Shown here one piece after another: positions 35,674-48,400 of a stretch of DNA of 64,000 nucleotides; position 1 is the first letter of the stretch, and each line of letters starts with the position of its first letter. Both the position numbers and the translations under genes were made by a program. Origin of the DNA: Hemiscyllium ocellatum (lineage: Eukaryota); contig NC_083449.1 of assembly GCF_020745735.1 (NCBI RefSeq), positions 13,131,868-13,195,867 of the forward strand. The letters run 5' to 3'. Under the pieces are notes generated by a model that was not told the DNA's origin, searched no databases, and was given only the letters and a program-made list of their open reading frames with translations.

Positions 35674-36757
35674 AGACCATAAGACATAGGAGTGGAAGTA
35701 AGGCCATTCAGCCCATCGAGTCCACTCCGCCATTCAATCATGGCTGATGGGCATTTCAACTCCACTTACCCGCATTCTCCCCATAGCCCTTAATTCCTTG
35801 TGACATCAAGAATTTATCAATCTCTGCCTTGAAGACATTTAGCGTCCCGGCCTCCACTGCACTCTGCGGCAATGAATTCCACAGGCCCACCACTCTCTAG
35901 CTGAAGAAATGTCCCCACATTTCTGTTCTGAATTTACCCCCTCTAATTCTAAGTCTGTGCCCACGGGTCCTAGTCTCCTTGCCTAACAGAAACAATTTCT
36001 TAGCGTCCACCCTTTCCAAGCCATGTATTATCTTGTAATTTTCTATTAGATCTCCCCATAACATTCCAAACTCCACTGAGTACAATCCCAAGATCCTCAG
36101 CCATTCCTCGCATGTTAGACCTGCCATTCCCGGGATCATCCATGTGAATCCCCGCTGGACACGTTCCAGTGCCAGTATGTCCCTCCTGAGGTGTGGGGCC
36201 CAAAACTGGACATAGTACTCCAAATGGGGCCTAACCAGAGCTTTATAAAGTCTCAGTAGCACATCGCTGCTTTTATATTCCACCCTCTTGAGATAAATGA
36301 CAACATTGCATTCGCTTTCTTAATCACGGATTCAACCTGCATGTTTACCTTTAGAGAATCCTCGACTAGCACTCCCAGAGCCCTTTGTACTTTGGCTTTA
36401 TGAATTTTCTCACCGTTTAGGTAGTAGTCCATGTTTGTATTCTTTTTTCCAACATACAAGACCTCGCATTTGCTCACATGGAACTTCATCAGCCATTTCC
36501 TGGACCACTCTCTCAAACTGTCTCCATCCTTCTGCAGCCTCCCCACATCTTCAGTACTACCTGCCTGTCCACCTATCTTCATATCATCGGCAAACTTCAC
36601 TAGAATGCCCCCAGTCCCTTCATCCAGATCATTAATATATAACGGCCCCAACCCTGAACCCTGTGGGACACCGCTTCTCACCGGCTGCCATTCCGAAAAA
36701 GAGCCTCTTATCCCAACTCTCTGCCTTCTCTCAGACAGCCAATCCTCAATCCATGCC
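35674..36757 (-). mobile_element. Younger CR1-type LINE subfamily, 5'-truncated
   Basis: WIEDWLSERRQRVGIRG..GVPQGSGLGP..KFADDMKIGG and LYKALVRPHLEYYVQFWAP peptides; tail TCTTATGGTCTTA; possible TSD CCATTTA. Confidence 0.92.
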
Positions 36758-37094
36758 ATTTATTCTCACTCTCTGCATGACACTTTCGACAAAGCGTTAG
36801 TACTGATGGGAAGAAGTTCGGCAGGAATTTAATACGCAGACATGATGTTACCGAATGGTAGTCCACATTAGATGGGTCGAATGGCCGTCAGCTTGCCCGC
36901 TCCCTGATCGGATTGCGATGAAGCCGGGGGGAGGGGTTATGAACATGACCGGGGAAGGAGCTCCATTGGAGCTTCAGAAAGGGACAATGTCCCACCTTGA
37001 AACGTTCCCTGCCCTTTCCCCCCACAGCCACAGGAACTGGGAGAAAAGGGAATTGGGGAAATGACCAATTGCTGTTTGTTTCTGGGATTCAGTG

Positions 37095-37215
37095 GGGGAG
37101 AGCGGCGCATGCGCGAGGCTGTCCCTTCTCCCAAAGGCCGATTGTTCCTGCCGGGAGGAGCGCATGCGTGAGGCCCTGCGGAGCAGGAACTGGTCCCGGA
37201 ACTTGGAGTGAGCGG
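37095..37215 (+). promoter_or_regulatory. CpG-rich promoter/first exon with two NRF1 motifs and a splice donor
   Basis: GCGCATGCGC at 37105-37114, GCGCATGCGT at 37160-37169, ETS-like CCGGAAC, donor GGA|GTGAGC at 37208. Paralogs at 54576-54860 (+) and 26590-26843 (-). Confidence 0.6.
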
Positions 37216-37244
37216 GCTGTGGGGGGGGGAAGGCGTTTCCCGGG

Positions 37245-37277
<33 letters not shown>

Positions 37278-37807
37278 CGGGAAGGAGCTGCTGTGGGCCA
37301 TTCTTGTGGTTTGCAATCCCCTGAACACTGATGGTAATTCATTGTTTGGCTTCTGTTCCAGGCTGTCTGTTAATATTGGGCAGTGAATAATGGATGCACA
37401 GACTATAATTGTGTGACAATCCTAGAAAGGACACGTACTAGACTCAACAGATTCAAAGTTTCGAGTGAAACATTAGAAATAGCGCCTCTTCTTTCTTTCA
37501 ATGAGTGTATTACCAACTTGATATTGATGTATGTCACCATTGCAGCTGCTTCAAGAACTCCCAGTCATGGAGGTGTACAGATGTTAGTTTCTGGATCTCA
37601 CCCAATCGTTAACAAATGGGAATAAAAGAAAAGGAGATGAGGAGCAAGTCAGGGAAAAAACTGGAATCAAAGTCTGGTTCTGTTCGAATTGCTGAGTTTC
37701 AAAAATCCCTAATGATTATTAACTGAATGGCCACACTGATCAGTTTGATCTTGCCTAACTTGGCTTTATGTTGATTTACAGCTGAAACATCTTCTGTCTC
37801 TCTCCAA

Positions 37808-37889
37808 GCAAATATTCCAAGGATCAAGGCAATCTAATATTTCCTCAGTACAAAGCTAAGTGTGATCAGCTGCTTCCAACAAACACCAG
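37808..37889 (+). other. Putative 82-nt exon paralog (open frame, acceptor shifted by 1 nt)
   Basis: KYSKDQGNLIFPQYKAKCDQLLPTNT; donor CAG|GTATGT. Confidence 0.6.
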
Positions 37890-38785
37890 GTATGTTACTG
37901 CTGGCAGAGTGGAGAATTTCCTTTCCACAGTCTCAGACCAGATTGAAACAGACTTAGATTGAGTTCAGTTTCCAGACACTTATCCAAACAAATAGTCAGA
38001 CACAACCGTGGAAAGGCAAGTTTCTTTTCTCTCTCCATTCCCCATAGATGTCTTCCCACTTCCAATTAATATCATTCATAACGCATTAACATTCACACCA
38101 TGTTTGAAGTGTTATAGGCTGACTCCTTATCTAAGGTACATAACTGGTGAGTAAATGAGGATTGTATTTAATAATGGCATTTTAAATGTCACAAACCAGA
38201 AAGATAATGACATCACACTGTTACATCATTTCAACAGCCAAATATGACAAGTAGTGAATCATTACTGAGCAGACACACATACACAAAGAAACTGGCTGAT
38301 TCAGATCGAGTTCCAGAGACACTCAACGTATCAACACACAAGATACAAAGACTAACAACAATGTACATCCATGTACGTTGCAGGGAACAGACGTGACTGC
38401 ATCCAAAATGTTTTACAAACACAAGCACCTAATCCCATTCAGCCAGCATTCCATTTCAATAAGTGTGTCATGGCAGCAGAGGAGCTGCCAACCCCTCCTT
38501 TATCTCAACAGAATTCTCACCTTTTTCACCTTGCAAGCAGAGAAACTATGTTTTCCCTCTGCCCAGCAATAAGTTTCTTTTTTAAAAAACTGTAGTGTAA
38601 CTTTGTTCCCAAATTCACTTCAATCTTGTACAAAGAGTCCCACATGTCCCACCCTATGAAATATTACAAAAAAGGAGGAAAATAGAATGTCATTTCCTCA
38701 AATTAATCATACAATAAAATAATCACCTTTTATTCTGATGAAGAAAGATCAATTAGCCAAGCCTTGTAATTTGTAAATTTTCTTC

Positions 38786-39350
38786 ACATAGAACATTGAA
38801 TGTTACAGCCCATTACAGGCCTTTCACCCTTGATGTTACACTGACCTGTGAAAAAACCTGAAGCCCATCTAACCTACACTATTCCATTATCATCCATATA
38901 TTTATCCAATGACCATTTAAATACCTTCACAGTTGGTGAGTCTACTACTATTGCAGGGAGGTCATTCCATGCTCTTCATACTCTCTGAGTAAAGAACCTA
39001 CCTCTGACATCTGTCCTGTATCTATCACCCCTCAATTTAAAGCTAATTTAATTCACATTCACACACATCCCCTCATGCTAGCTATCACCATCTGAGGAAA
39101 AAGGTTCTCACTGTCCACCCTAACAAATCCTCTGATCATCTCTTAAGTCACATCTTAACCTTCTTCTCTCTAATGAAAACAGCTTCATGTCCCTCAGCCC
39201 TTCCTCATAAGACTTTGCTTTCATACCAGGCAATGTCCTGGTAAACCTCCTCTGCACGCTTTGCAATGTTTCCATATCCTTCGTATAATGCGGTGACCAC
39301 AAATGTAGGCAATACTCCAAGTGTGGCCACCCCAGAGTATTGTACAGCTG
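38786..39350 (-). mobile_element. CR1 LINE 3' fragment
   Basis: LEYCLHLWSPHYTKDMETLQSVQRRFTRTLPG peptide. Confidence 0.88.
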
Positions 39351-39799
39351 CTAAATTTACCTGGATGGTTTAAATCTTCCCCACTGTATGACAGAAAGCA
39401 CAATTCCTTTTGCTATTGACATTCCCACCAAAGAGCATCATGAGAGTACTGCCAATGCCTTGCACCATCACACGACTGAACAGGGTTTTATAACATTCAG
39501 AATAGAACAATGAAATGAACTAGCCAGTTCTTTTTCCTGTAGAAGGAACGCTGTGGTCAGTCAGCTGCAATACAGTTTATTTGTTTGTTGCCCTTTCCCT
39601 CACACATTAACAACAGAATGTTACACCTATCCATTTCTCAGCATTATTCACAACAGTATGTAACTATTCTCTGAGAAAAGCTGATGGCATCCTGAAGAAC
39701 AGCCCCTGATATCATTCCTTCCAGTTAGACTGTGCACTGAAGGAGTGAGAAAACTCTTCACTTTTCCATGTCACAATCCATGACCCAAAACAAATGAAC

Positions 39800-42700
39800 T
39801 GAGCAGAACTGACAGGCAGAGATTGATAACTAAATTCACAGATTCACAAAGCAGAAGTTGGCATGTACAGATTGATGACTATACTGACACATTCACAGGG
39901 AAGAAGTGTACAAAAGAAGATCGATAACTGTAGTTTCCTGCTCACATTACAGAAACATGGATATATAGATTGTTGAGTACAGTTTCTAACACATAGTACA
40001 AACTGAAAAGGAGAAATTGGTTACTATATTTACATACTTATATAACAGACTGGCAGGGACAAATTGCTAAGCACGTTCACATACTTACAACACAGAAGCT
40101 AATAGAGAAAGATTGATAAATGCATTCACACATTCACCTAGTGGATACTGACAGTTACAGATTAATAATTGTCACTGCACACTCAGATACACAGAGCTGA
40201 AACTGTCAGGAACAGGTTGGTAAATATACTCAGACATTCACATCGTAGTTACTGACAGAGAAAGTTTGATAACAAATCTATCATGTCGAAGTAGCAGAAC
40301 CTGACAGGAACAGATTAATAACCATAATACTCCTAGTGTCACACGGCATCAATAACTCATCTCACATTTTCACAGAGCAGTACAGATCAATAACTATATC
40401 AGATTGACAAGCAAAACCTGACAGGTATAGAATGACAACTATCCTCACACATTTGCTGTTAGAAACTGAAGATAACGACGCTCATATTCACATGGCAGAC
40501 ACAGTTACAGCTTGATAACTACAGTCACCCATTCACATTGCAGTAACTGACAGGGAGAGATTGATGATGACACCCACACATTGATATGACAGAAACCGAC
40601 ACAGGTACAGATCGATAGCTAAAATCACATATGGATGTAGCACAAACTGACAGGTAGAGACTGATAATGGCAGTGTAATTCATATTGCAGACACTGAGAT
40701 TGATAACTACACCCACATATTCACACAGAAACTGACAAGTACAGGTTTGATATCCACAGTCACACATTCATATTGCAGGAACTGACAGGGATCCTCCCTA
40801 TGAAATATTACAAAAAAGAAAGAAAGCAGAATGTCATTTTTTGAAGTTATCAACATAAGTTTTCCACTACATCCTGAGATATACTTGATGATGTTCCAGA
40901 GATTTAGTCACATTTATGTTTTTTAAACACCTCTAGGACCTTCTTTACTGTCATGTGTACTGTTTTCAAGACATCAATATTTATTTCCCCAAGTTCCCTA
41001 GTCTCCACCGTTACAGAATGATAACTAAGTTCATATATTCAAATAGGAGAAATACACACATGCACAAACCCAAAACTGACAAGATCAGATTGATCACTAC
41101 ACTGTCAGATTTACAGAGCAGAAACTGACGGGCACAGCACGATACCTGCTTTGATATGTTCACAGAGTCGAGTCTGATAGATACATATGCATGACACAAC
41201 TCACACATTCACCTTGCGGAAACTGACAGGTATAGATTTATCACTACACAAAGCAGAAACTAACCGGAAAAATGTGATAACTACACTGGCGTAGGAGAGA
41301 CCGACTGTACAGATCCACTCTCACATATTGATATAGCAAACAGAGATTAATTGGCACAGATGCAGTCATGCATTAGTTGGGAAAACACACACATTGCATT
41401 GTGAAAACTGACATGTCCATGTTGATAACTATATTTGGATGCTCACATAGCAAAGACAGATTGATAACTGCACTATATTCACAAAGCAGAATCTGACAGG
41501 AAGAAATTAATAATATTATTTTGGTTTGGACATGGCTGAAACTGACAGCTTTATAAATTGATAACTTCATTCACATATTCACAAGATGGATACTGACAAG
41601 GAATGATTAGTACATACACTCACATATTCACCATGCAGAAACTGACTGGTAAGAGACTGATAGCAATACTCATTCTCATAGCTGAAACTGCCAGATATTG
41701 GTTGATATGTGCTATCATTCACAAAGCAAATGCCCACATGGACGGATGTATTACTTTCTCAGATATACAGAAGAGACACTGACAGGGACAGATTCGTAAT
41801 TACACTCCTCTTGTCAATAACAGAAAATCACAGGAACAAATCAATAATAACACTCCCACTTTCACGTAACATAAACTCACAGATACAGTTTGTTAGCTAC
41901 ACACAATTTCACACAGCAGAGTCTGAGAGGTGCAGTTTGATAACTGCCTCACATATTGACTTGGCAGAAACTGGTAGAGATGGATTCAAACATGTGCTCA
42001 CAAATTCACATTGAAGAAACTGACTGGTATATGCAGAGAAGATCTTCTGGCAAGTACAAATTGATAAAGATACTTAACTTTGAATAGAGTCTCACACGTA
42101 TTTGACAGGTACAGAGTGATAAATGTATCTACACATTCTCAAAGTCAAACACTGACAGTTCCAGATTGATAACAACACCCTCTCTCACGTAGCAGAAACC
42201 AGCAGGGACATTTGATAACCATACACTCACTTATTCACTTTGCAGAGACTGACAGGAATATTTGCTTCTGATATTCTCATATTTACTCAGCAGAACTGGT
42301 CGAGAATAGACTGACAATTACACACACACATATTCAGCAAGAAAAATTGACAGGTATCGATTGGTAACTCCATTTATAGATTCACACAAAGTCTGACGGG
42401 GCAGATCAAACCTAAACTCAGATAAACTCATAGATACATAAGCTTTGACAGGTACAGATTCAGAGAGCAAAAGCTAATAGTGAAAGATTGATAAATTCAC
42501 TTTTACATTGGACAGACTGCCAGGAATAGATTGATAAATGCACCTCCATGCACAGAGCAGAAACTGATAGGTACAGATTGATAACTACATACCTGTATGC
42601 ACACAGCAGAAAGTGACATGGACAGAGTGATAACTACATTCACATATTTGTATTGCAACAACTGACAGGGACACATTAATTGACTATCACTTGTTCACAT

Positions 42701-42980
42701 GACCAACCTGACAGGCATAGACTGAAAATGACAGTCTCGTTCACACAGCAGAATCTGATGGGCAGAGATTGATAACGGCACTCTCACATTCACATTGGCT
42801 GCAACTGACAGGTACATATTGATAAATGCATTGACACATTAACAAACCAGAAACAGATCAGTACAGACTATTACTGACCCTCTTAGATTAACAGATCAGA
42901 AACTGACTGGGACAGGCTGGTAAATAAACTCTTACATTTACATTGTAGAGGCTGACCGGTACATATTATCAGCTGTATCT
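39800..42980 (+). repeat. Degenerate 49-bp tandem array (~60 units, interrupted at ~40790-41010)
   Basis: Approximate consensus GCAGAAACTGACAGGTACAGATTGATAACTACACTCACATATTCACA(C/T)A. Unit starts at 42557, 42606 and 42655 give a period of 49. Confidence 0.93.
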
Positions 42981-43083
42981 GAACAAATTCCACCATTTAT
43001 AGCCCCATTGACACTCGCACTATTTTGAAGATGGATAGACTGAATTCTCATCCAAAATATACACTCAGGAACTGCAACAAATC

Positions 43084-43314
43084 TGGAGAAAGGGAGGACT
43101 GCAGGTGCTGGAGATCAGAGTTGAGTGTGTACTGCTGGAAAAGCACAGCAGGCCAGGCAGCATCTGAGGAGCATGAGAATCAACATTTTGGGCATAAGCC
43201 CTTCATCAGGAAGGGAAGGGCTTCGTGATGAATGGCTTCTGCCCGAAACATCGATTCTCCTGTTCCTACGAGGCTGCCTGGCCTGCTGTGTTTTTCCAGC
43301 ACTACGCTCTCGAC
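43084..43314. mobile_element. Short foldback Penelope-derived element with two degenerate hammerheads
   Basis: Inverted arms; TSD-like ACTG(C/A)A(A)(C/G)AAATC at 43071-43083 and 43315-43327. Confidence 0.82.
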
Positions 43315-43948
43315 ACTGAAAGAAATCATTTGTTTTATTGAATTTCTCTTTTTGCCAAGTGTGTTTATTGGACATTACTATATTAAAATTCATGTGATCA
43401 GCAGAAAATAAAAGGCACAGGTCCCAATACATCAGTTCCCTTTTATTCAGGGCGGTAATCAAAGTAAAACTGACAGTGTTACACACACAGGCAGCTATTC
43501 TGAGGAATGTATGAATAGTTTGGGCCTATTCTCATTGGAGAATTGAAGAAGGGTGTGGAACCTTAAGGGGAAATGGAAACTGAAGGGGGCTGACCGATGA
43601 GATGCTGGTAGAATGTCCTTAATCTGCAGAGAGTGTAGAGCAAGAAACACAAACCAGATGCAATTGCCAAGTAGTTCCACCATTTCCAGGAGAGAAACAC
43701 ACTCCCTGTCAGATTGCACTGCACTTTGTCACTTGGCGACAGAAGTGATGCCAATTTTCAAAGGGATGAGAAAAGAGAACCATTATTAAAAGATGCAGGA
43801 TAAATCGGTATTAGGGTCTCACAATTTAGAGTGAGCTCGGAGGTTGATCCCTGCTCAAGAGTTCGGTTTGTGTTCCCCATGTCATTGCAGATCCTGATAG
43901 ATCCACATTTTGGGATTCTCTGCAGGTCAGCATCGTGTCCCACAGTAA

Positions 43949-44047
43949 CCAATCAGAGCGAGGTGAATATTTCCTGTAAGGCAGCCAATCAGAGAGCAGG
44001 CCTTCCCCATCCCTCATTAGCATTACTGACGCTGTCAGTGTATAAAA
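43949..44047 (+). promoter_or_regulatory. H2B promoter: two CCAAT boxes, octamer variant and TATA box
   Basis: CCAAT at 43949 and 43985; ATTAGCAT at 44016-44023 (variant of the H2B octamer ATTTGCAT); TATAAAA at 44041. Confidence 0.85.
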
Positions 44048-44101
44048 GGCGAGCTCGGAGCCCGCTTTCCCCTTACACTGTGTGTGAAAGGGAGCGGCAG
44101 G

Positions 44102-44482
44102 ATGGCGGATGAGAAGAAAGCACAGGCAGTCCCCAAAAAGGGCGCTAAGAAAATGGTCAAGAAGCCGGCAGCGAAGGGCGTCAAGCAGAGGAGGCGGCGG
44201 AGGAAAGAAACTTACTCCATCTACATCTACAAAGTGATGAAGCAGGTTCACCCCGACACCGGCATCTCCTCCAAGGCCATGAGCATCATGAACTCGTTCG
44301 TCAAAGATATTTTCGAGCGGATCGCGGGGGAAGCTTCCCGCCTGGCCCAGTACAACAAGCGCAGAACCATCAGCTCCCGGGAGATCCAGACCGCCGTGCG
44401 GCTGCTGCTGCCCGGGGAGCTGGCCAAGCACGCCGTGTCGGAGGGCACAAAGGCGGTGACCAAGTACACCAGCTCCAAGTGA
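44102..44482 (+). CDS. H2B: Histone H2B (126 aa), divergent
   Basis: MADEKKAQ...[27 protein letters not shown]...[26 protein letters not shown]; ATG at 44102, downstream of a TATA box. Confidence 0.98.
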   Translation: MADEKKAQAVPKKGAKKMVKKPAAKGVKQRRRRRKETYSIYIYKVMKQVHPDTGISSKAMSIMNSFVKDIFERIAGEASRLAQYNKRRTISSREIQTAVRLLLPGELAKHAVSEGTKAVTKYTSSK

Positions 44483-44515
44483 AGGGCAGCATTGGAGTGA
44501 AAACCAAAACCCAAC

Positions 44516-44531
44516 GGCTCTTTTCAGAGCC
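44516..44531 (+). terminator. Histone 3' stem-loop of H2B
   Basis: GGCTCTTTTCAGAGCC-ACC, then an HDE-like GAAACAGCTG. Confidence 0.96.
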
Positions 44532-44869
44532 ACCTCCACCTTCCGTGAAACAGCTGAACTAGTATCGTTCTGGGTATGTACGGTGAATGTGATCACGGTA
44601 TTGGGATTGGATGAAGATTGTGTCAATGAATGAGTGCCCGCCGACCCTCTGCGCGCCTTATTCTCGGATATATTCCTGTATATCCTGTAATCCCTGCCCG
44701 GGAGGGAGATCATGGTAAATGCCGGTCATTTCTCAGCTGCTTCCGCGTTACTCGATCAGTTCAGGAGCAAAAGGTCCCTGTGGGGTATGAACCCCGAGTT
44801 TCACTCCCTACAAACCAACCCACCCGCCGGCAGGCAAAGGAAATGTTTCCCCCTGCGTCCCATTTGCCT

Positions 44870-45490
44870 TGGTTTTTATTTCCAAATCTCCATGCGAGTA
44901 TTGTCCGGATGCAGAATGCTATAAATGCTGCCGGGGAGAGACATTCCAAATGATCTGCACTAACCCCAGAACAGCAGCAGGACTGGCCCCGTAAATGTGG
45001 GCCTTTTACTGATCTCTGATCGAGTCCAATAGGGAGGGCAACTTGAACATCTTCTCGAAAGGCGGTGTTCGCTGTTAACGCGCCCACGCCGGAGAACGTT
45101 CCCTGATGTTTGATCAATATAACCGGGTGCTCCTGAAATGGGAAGGAAAGGATTAGTTGCACATTGCAGTGTTTGGCGCCTTTTTTGTTTCCGCTGAGCT
45201 TCAAGTTCAGAAAATCCCATTCCAGATCAGAAATGGGCAGATTGAAGTGGGCGGGGGAATGGGGTAAAGGGAGATTGTGTAAAGTGTACATTTTTAAAGT
45301 AGGATTAACTCGAGTATTCGTGCATTCTTCCGTGTTAAAGTATCCCCTTTCCATGACATATTGGCGGGCTTTTCAAATTGGAAAGAAAGCGGTTGATGAT
45401 GTGGGGCCGGGAGCTTCCGCCTTCCTCCCCGGGCCCCCTCCGGATTGGCGAATGGAGCAGTTCCCTGTTTGGGAATTGAAACAACGTTTA
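44870..45490 (+). pseudogene. Second orphan H2A upstream module, directly 3' of H2B
   Basis: Near-identical to 1-530 from position 44963; the invariant block is at 45361-45404. Confidence 0.8.
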
Positions 45491-48400
45491 GGGGGATGTT
45501 GGAGAGGTTTGAAGGAGAATGGGTGACCTTTAGGGGAAAGGAGAACTTTCTGAAGGGAGTTGGGGCAGGAGATGCTGGGAAAATGTCACTGATTAACATT
45601 TTATTTTCAAATCTCCATGCGAGTATTGCCCGGGCGTAAAATGCTGTAAATGTTACTGTCTGCTGTCAGTGAGAAACTTTCAAAATGTAAGGGACACAGT
45701 TTAGAATGAGGCGAAGAAATAAATGTGGAACTTGCTGATCTTGTTATTATGTCACAGCGAGCCGTTGGTGATGGTTTATGAACTCAGGTGAAGACTTGAT
45801 AACCATATGTCTTTTTTAAGTATTAGATAGGGGAGTCTCTGGGTATGGGCAGCAAGCAGGGACATGTGATTCAAACCATAACTGGAGCAATTTGTGATCA
45901 TTTCTTATGACAGAATACAGAGGGGCATTTGAAAATGCCACAAAAGTCTGACTTTTGTGATGGTTTTCATAGAGATGTACAACATGGAAACAGACCCTTC
46001 AGTCCCACCTGTCCATGCTGACCCAGATATCCCAACCCAATCTAGTTCCACCTGCCAGCACCCACTCCATATACCTCCAAACCCTTCCTATTCATCTACC
46101 CATCCAAATACCTCTTAAATGTTGCAATTTACCAGCCTCCACCACATCCTCTGGCAGCTCATTCCATACACGTACCACCCTCTGCGTGAAAAAGTTGCCT
46201 CAAATGTCTCTTTTATACCTTTCCCCTCTCACCCTAAACTGATGCCCTCTAGTTCTGGACTCCCCGACTCCAGGAAAAACACTTTGCCTATCTATCCTAT
46301 CCATGCCCCTCATAAATTTGTAAAACTCTATAAGGTCACCCCTCAGCCTCTGACACTCCAAGGAAAACTGCCCCAGCCTGTTCAGCCTCTCCTTGTAGCT
46401 CAAGTCCTCCAACCCTGGCAATATCCTTGTAAATCTTTTCTGAACCCTTTCAAGTTTCACAACATCTTTCTGAAAGGAAGAGACCAGAATTGCACACAAT
46501 ATTCCAACAGTGGCCTAACCAATGTCCTGTACAGCTGCAACATGACCTCCCAACTCCTGTACTCAATACTCTGACCAATAAAGGAAAGCATACCAAATGC
46601 CTTCTTCACTATCCTATCTACCTGCAACTCCACTCTCAAGGAACTATGAACCTGCACTCCAAGGTCTCTTTATTCTGCAACACTCCCTAGGACCTTACTA
46701 TTAAGTGTATAAGTCCTGCTAAGATTAGCTTTCTGAAAATGCTGCACCACGTATTTATCTGAATTAAACTCCATCTGCCATTCTCAGCCCATTGGCCCAT
46801 CTGGTCCAGATCCTGTTGTAATCTGAGGTAACCCACATCGCTGTCCACTACACCTCCAATTTTGGTGTTTTCTAAAAACTTACTAACTGTACCTCTTATG
46901 CTCGCATCTAAATCATTTACATAAAATGACAAAAAGTAGAGGGCCCACCACCGTTCCTTGTGGCACTCCACTGGTCACGGGCCTCCATTCTGAAAATCAA
47001 CCGTTCTCCACCACCACCCTCTGTCTTCTACCTCTGAGCCAGTTCTTTATTCAAGTGGCTAGTTCTCTCTGTATTCCATGAGAATACCTTGCTGATCAGT
47101 CTCCCATGGGGAACCTTGTCGAACGCCTAACTGAACTCCATATAGATCGCATCTACTGCTCTGCCCTCATCAATACTCTTTGTACTTCTTCAAAAACACT
47201 CAGTCAAGTTTGTGAGACATGATTTCCCATGCACAAAGCCATGTTGACTATCCTGAACCTGTCCTTGCCTTTCCAAATACATGTACATCCTCTCCCTCAC
47301 GATTCCCTCCAACAACTTGCCCGAGGTCAGGCTCACTGGTCTATAGTTCCCTGGCTTGTCCTTACCACCCTTCTTAAACAGTGGCAGCACATTTGCCAAC
47401 TTCCAGTCTTCCGGCACCTCACCTGTGACTATCAATGATACAAATATCTCAGCAAGAGGCCCAGCAATCACTTCTCTAGCTTCCCACAGAGTTCTCGGGT
47501 ACACCTGCTCAGGTCCTGGGGATTTGTCCACCTTTAACCGTTTCAAGACATCCAGCACTTCCTCCTCTGAAATCTGGACATTTTGAAAGATGTCACCATT
47601 TATATCCCTACAGTCTATATCTTCCATATCCTTTTCCACAGTAAATACTGATGCAAAATATTCATTTAGTATTTCCCCCATTTTCTGAGGCTCCACACAA
47701 AGGCTGCCTTGCTGATCCTTGAGGGGCCCTATTCTCTCCCTAGTTACCCTTTTGTCCTTAATGTATTTGTAAAACCCCTTTGGATTCTCCTTAATTCTAT
47801 TTGCCAAAGCTATCTCATGTCCCCGTTTTGCCCTCCTGATTTCCCTCTTAAGTATACTCCTACTTCCTTTATACTCTTCTGAGGATTCACTCGATCTATC
47901 CTGACTGTACCTGACATATGCTTCCTTCTTTTTCTTAACCAAACCCTCAATTTCTTTAGTCATCCAGCATTCCCTGTACCTACCAGCCTTCCCTTTCACC
48001 CTGACAGGAATATACTTTCCCTGGATTCTTGTTATCTCATTTCTGAAGGCTTCCCATTTTCCAGCCGTCCCTTTACCTGCGAACATCTGCCTCCAATCAG
48101 CTTTTGAAAGTTCTTACCTAATACCATCAAAATTGGCCTTTCTCCAATTTAGAATTTAACTTTTAGATCTGGTCTATCCATTTCCATCACTATTTTAAAA
48201 CGAATAGAATTATGGTCACTGGCCCCAAATTGCTCCCCCACTGACACCTCAGTCACCTGCCCTGCCTTATTTCCCAAGAGTAGGTCAAGTTTTGCACCTT
48301 CTCTAGTAGGTACATCCACGTACTGAATCAGAAACTTGTCTTGTACACGCTTAAGAAATTCCTCTCCATCTAAACCTTTAACACATGGCAGTCCCAGTTG

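Noticed and set aside
36771-36960. Possible C/D-box snoRNA upstream of the NRF1 promoter
   Set aside because: Only imperfect C-box-like words (ATGATGT, CTGATGG), with no convincing terminal stem or guide sequence.
39800-42980. 49-bp array as a CRISPR array or decayed C2H2 zinc-finger exon
   Set aside because: Vertebrate context, no cas genes, and the 'spacers' are homologous to each other. The period is 49 rather than 84 bp, with no CxxC/HxxxH register.
43826-44713. Long antisense ORFs over histone genes (also 31487-32257, 8279-8815, 6847-7239)
   Set aside because: Shadow ORFs caused by GC-rich histone codon usage; no independent gene signals.
47190-48086. Active LINE
   Set aside because: ORF1 and ORF2 are broken by multiple stops and frameshifts, and the RT motif is degenerate (FLENTK in place of FADDTK).
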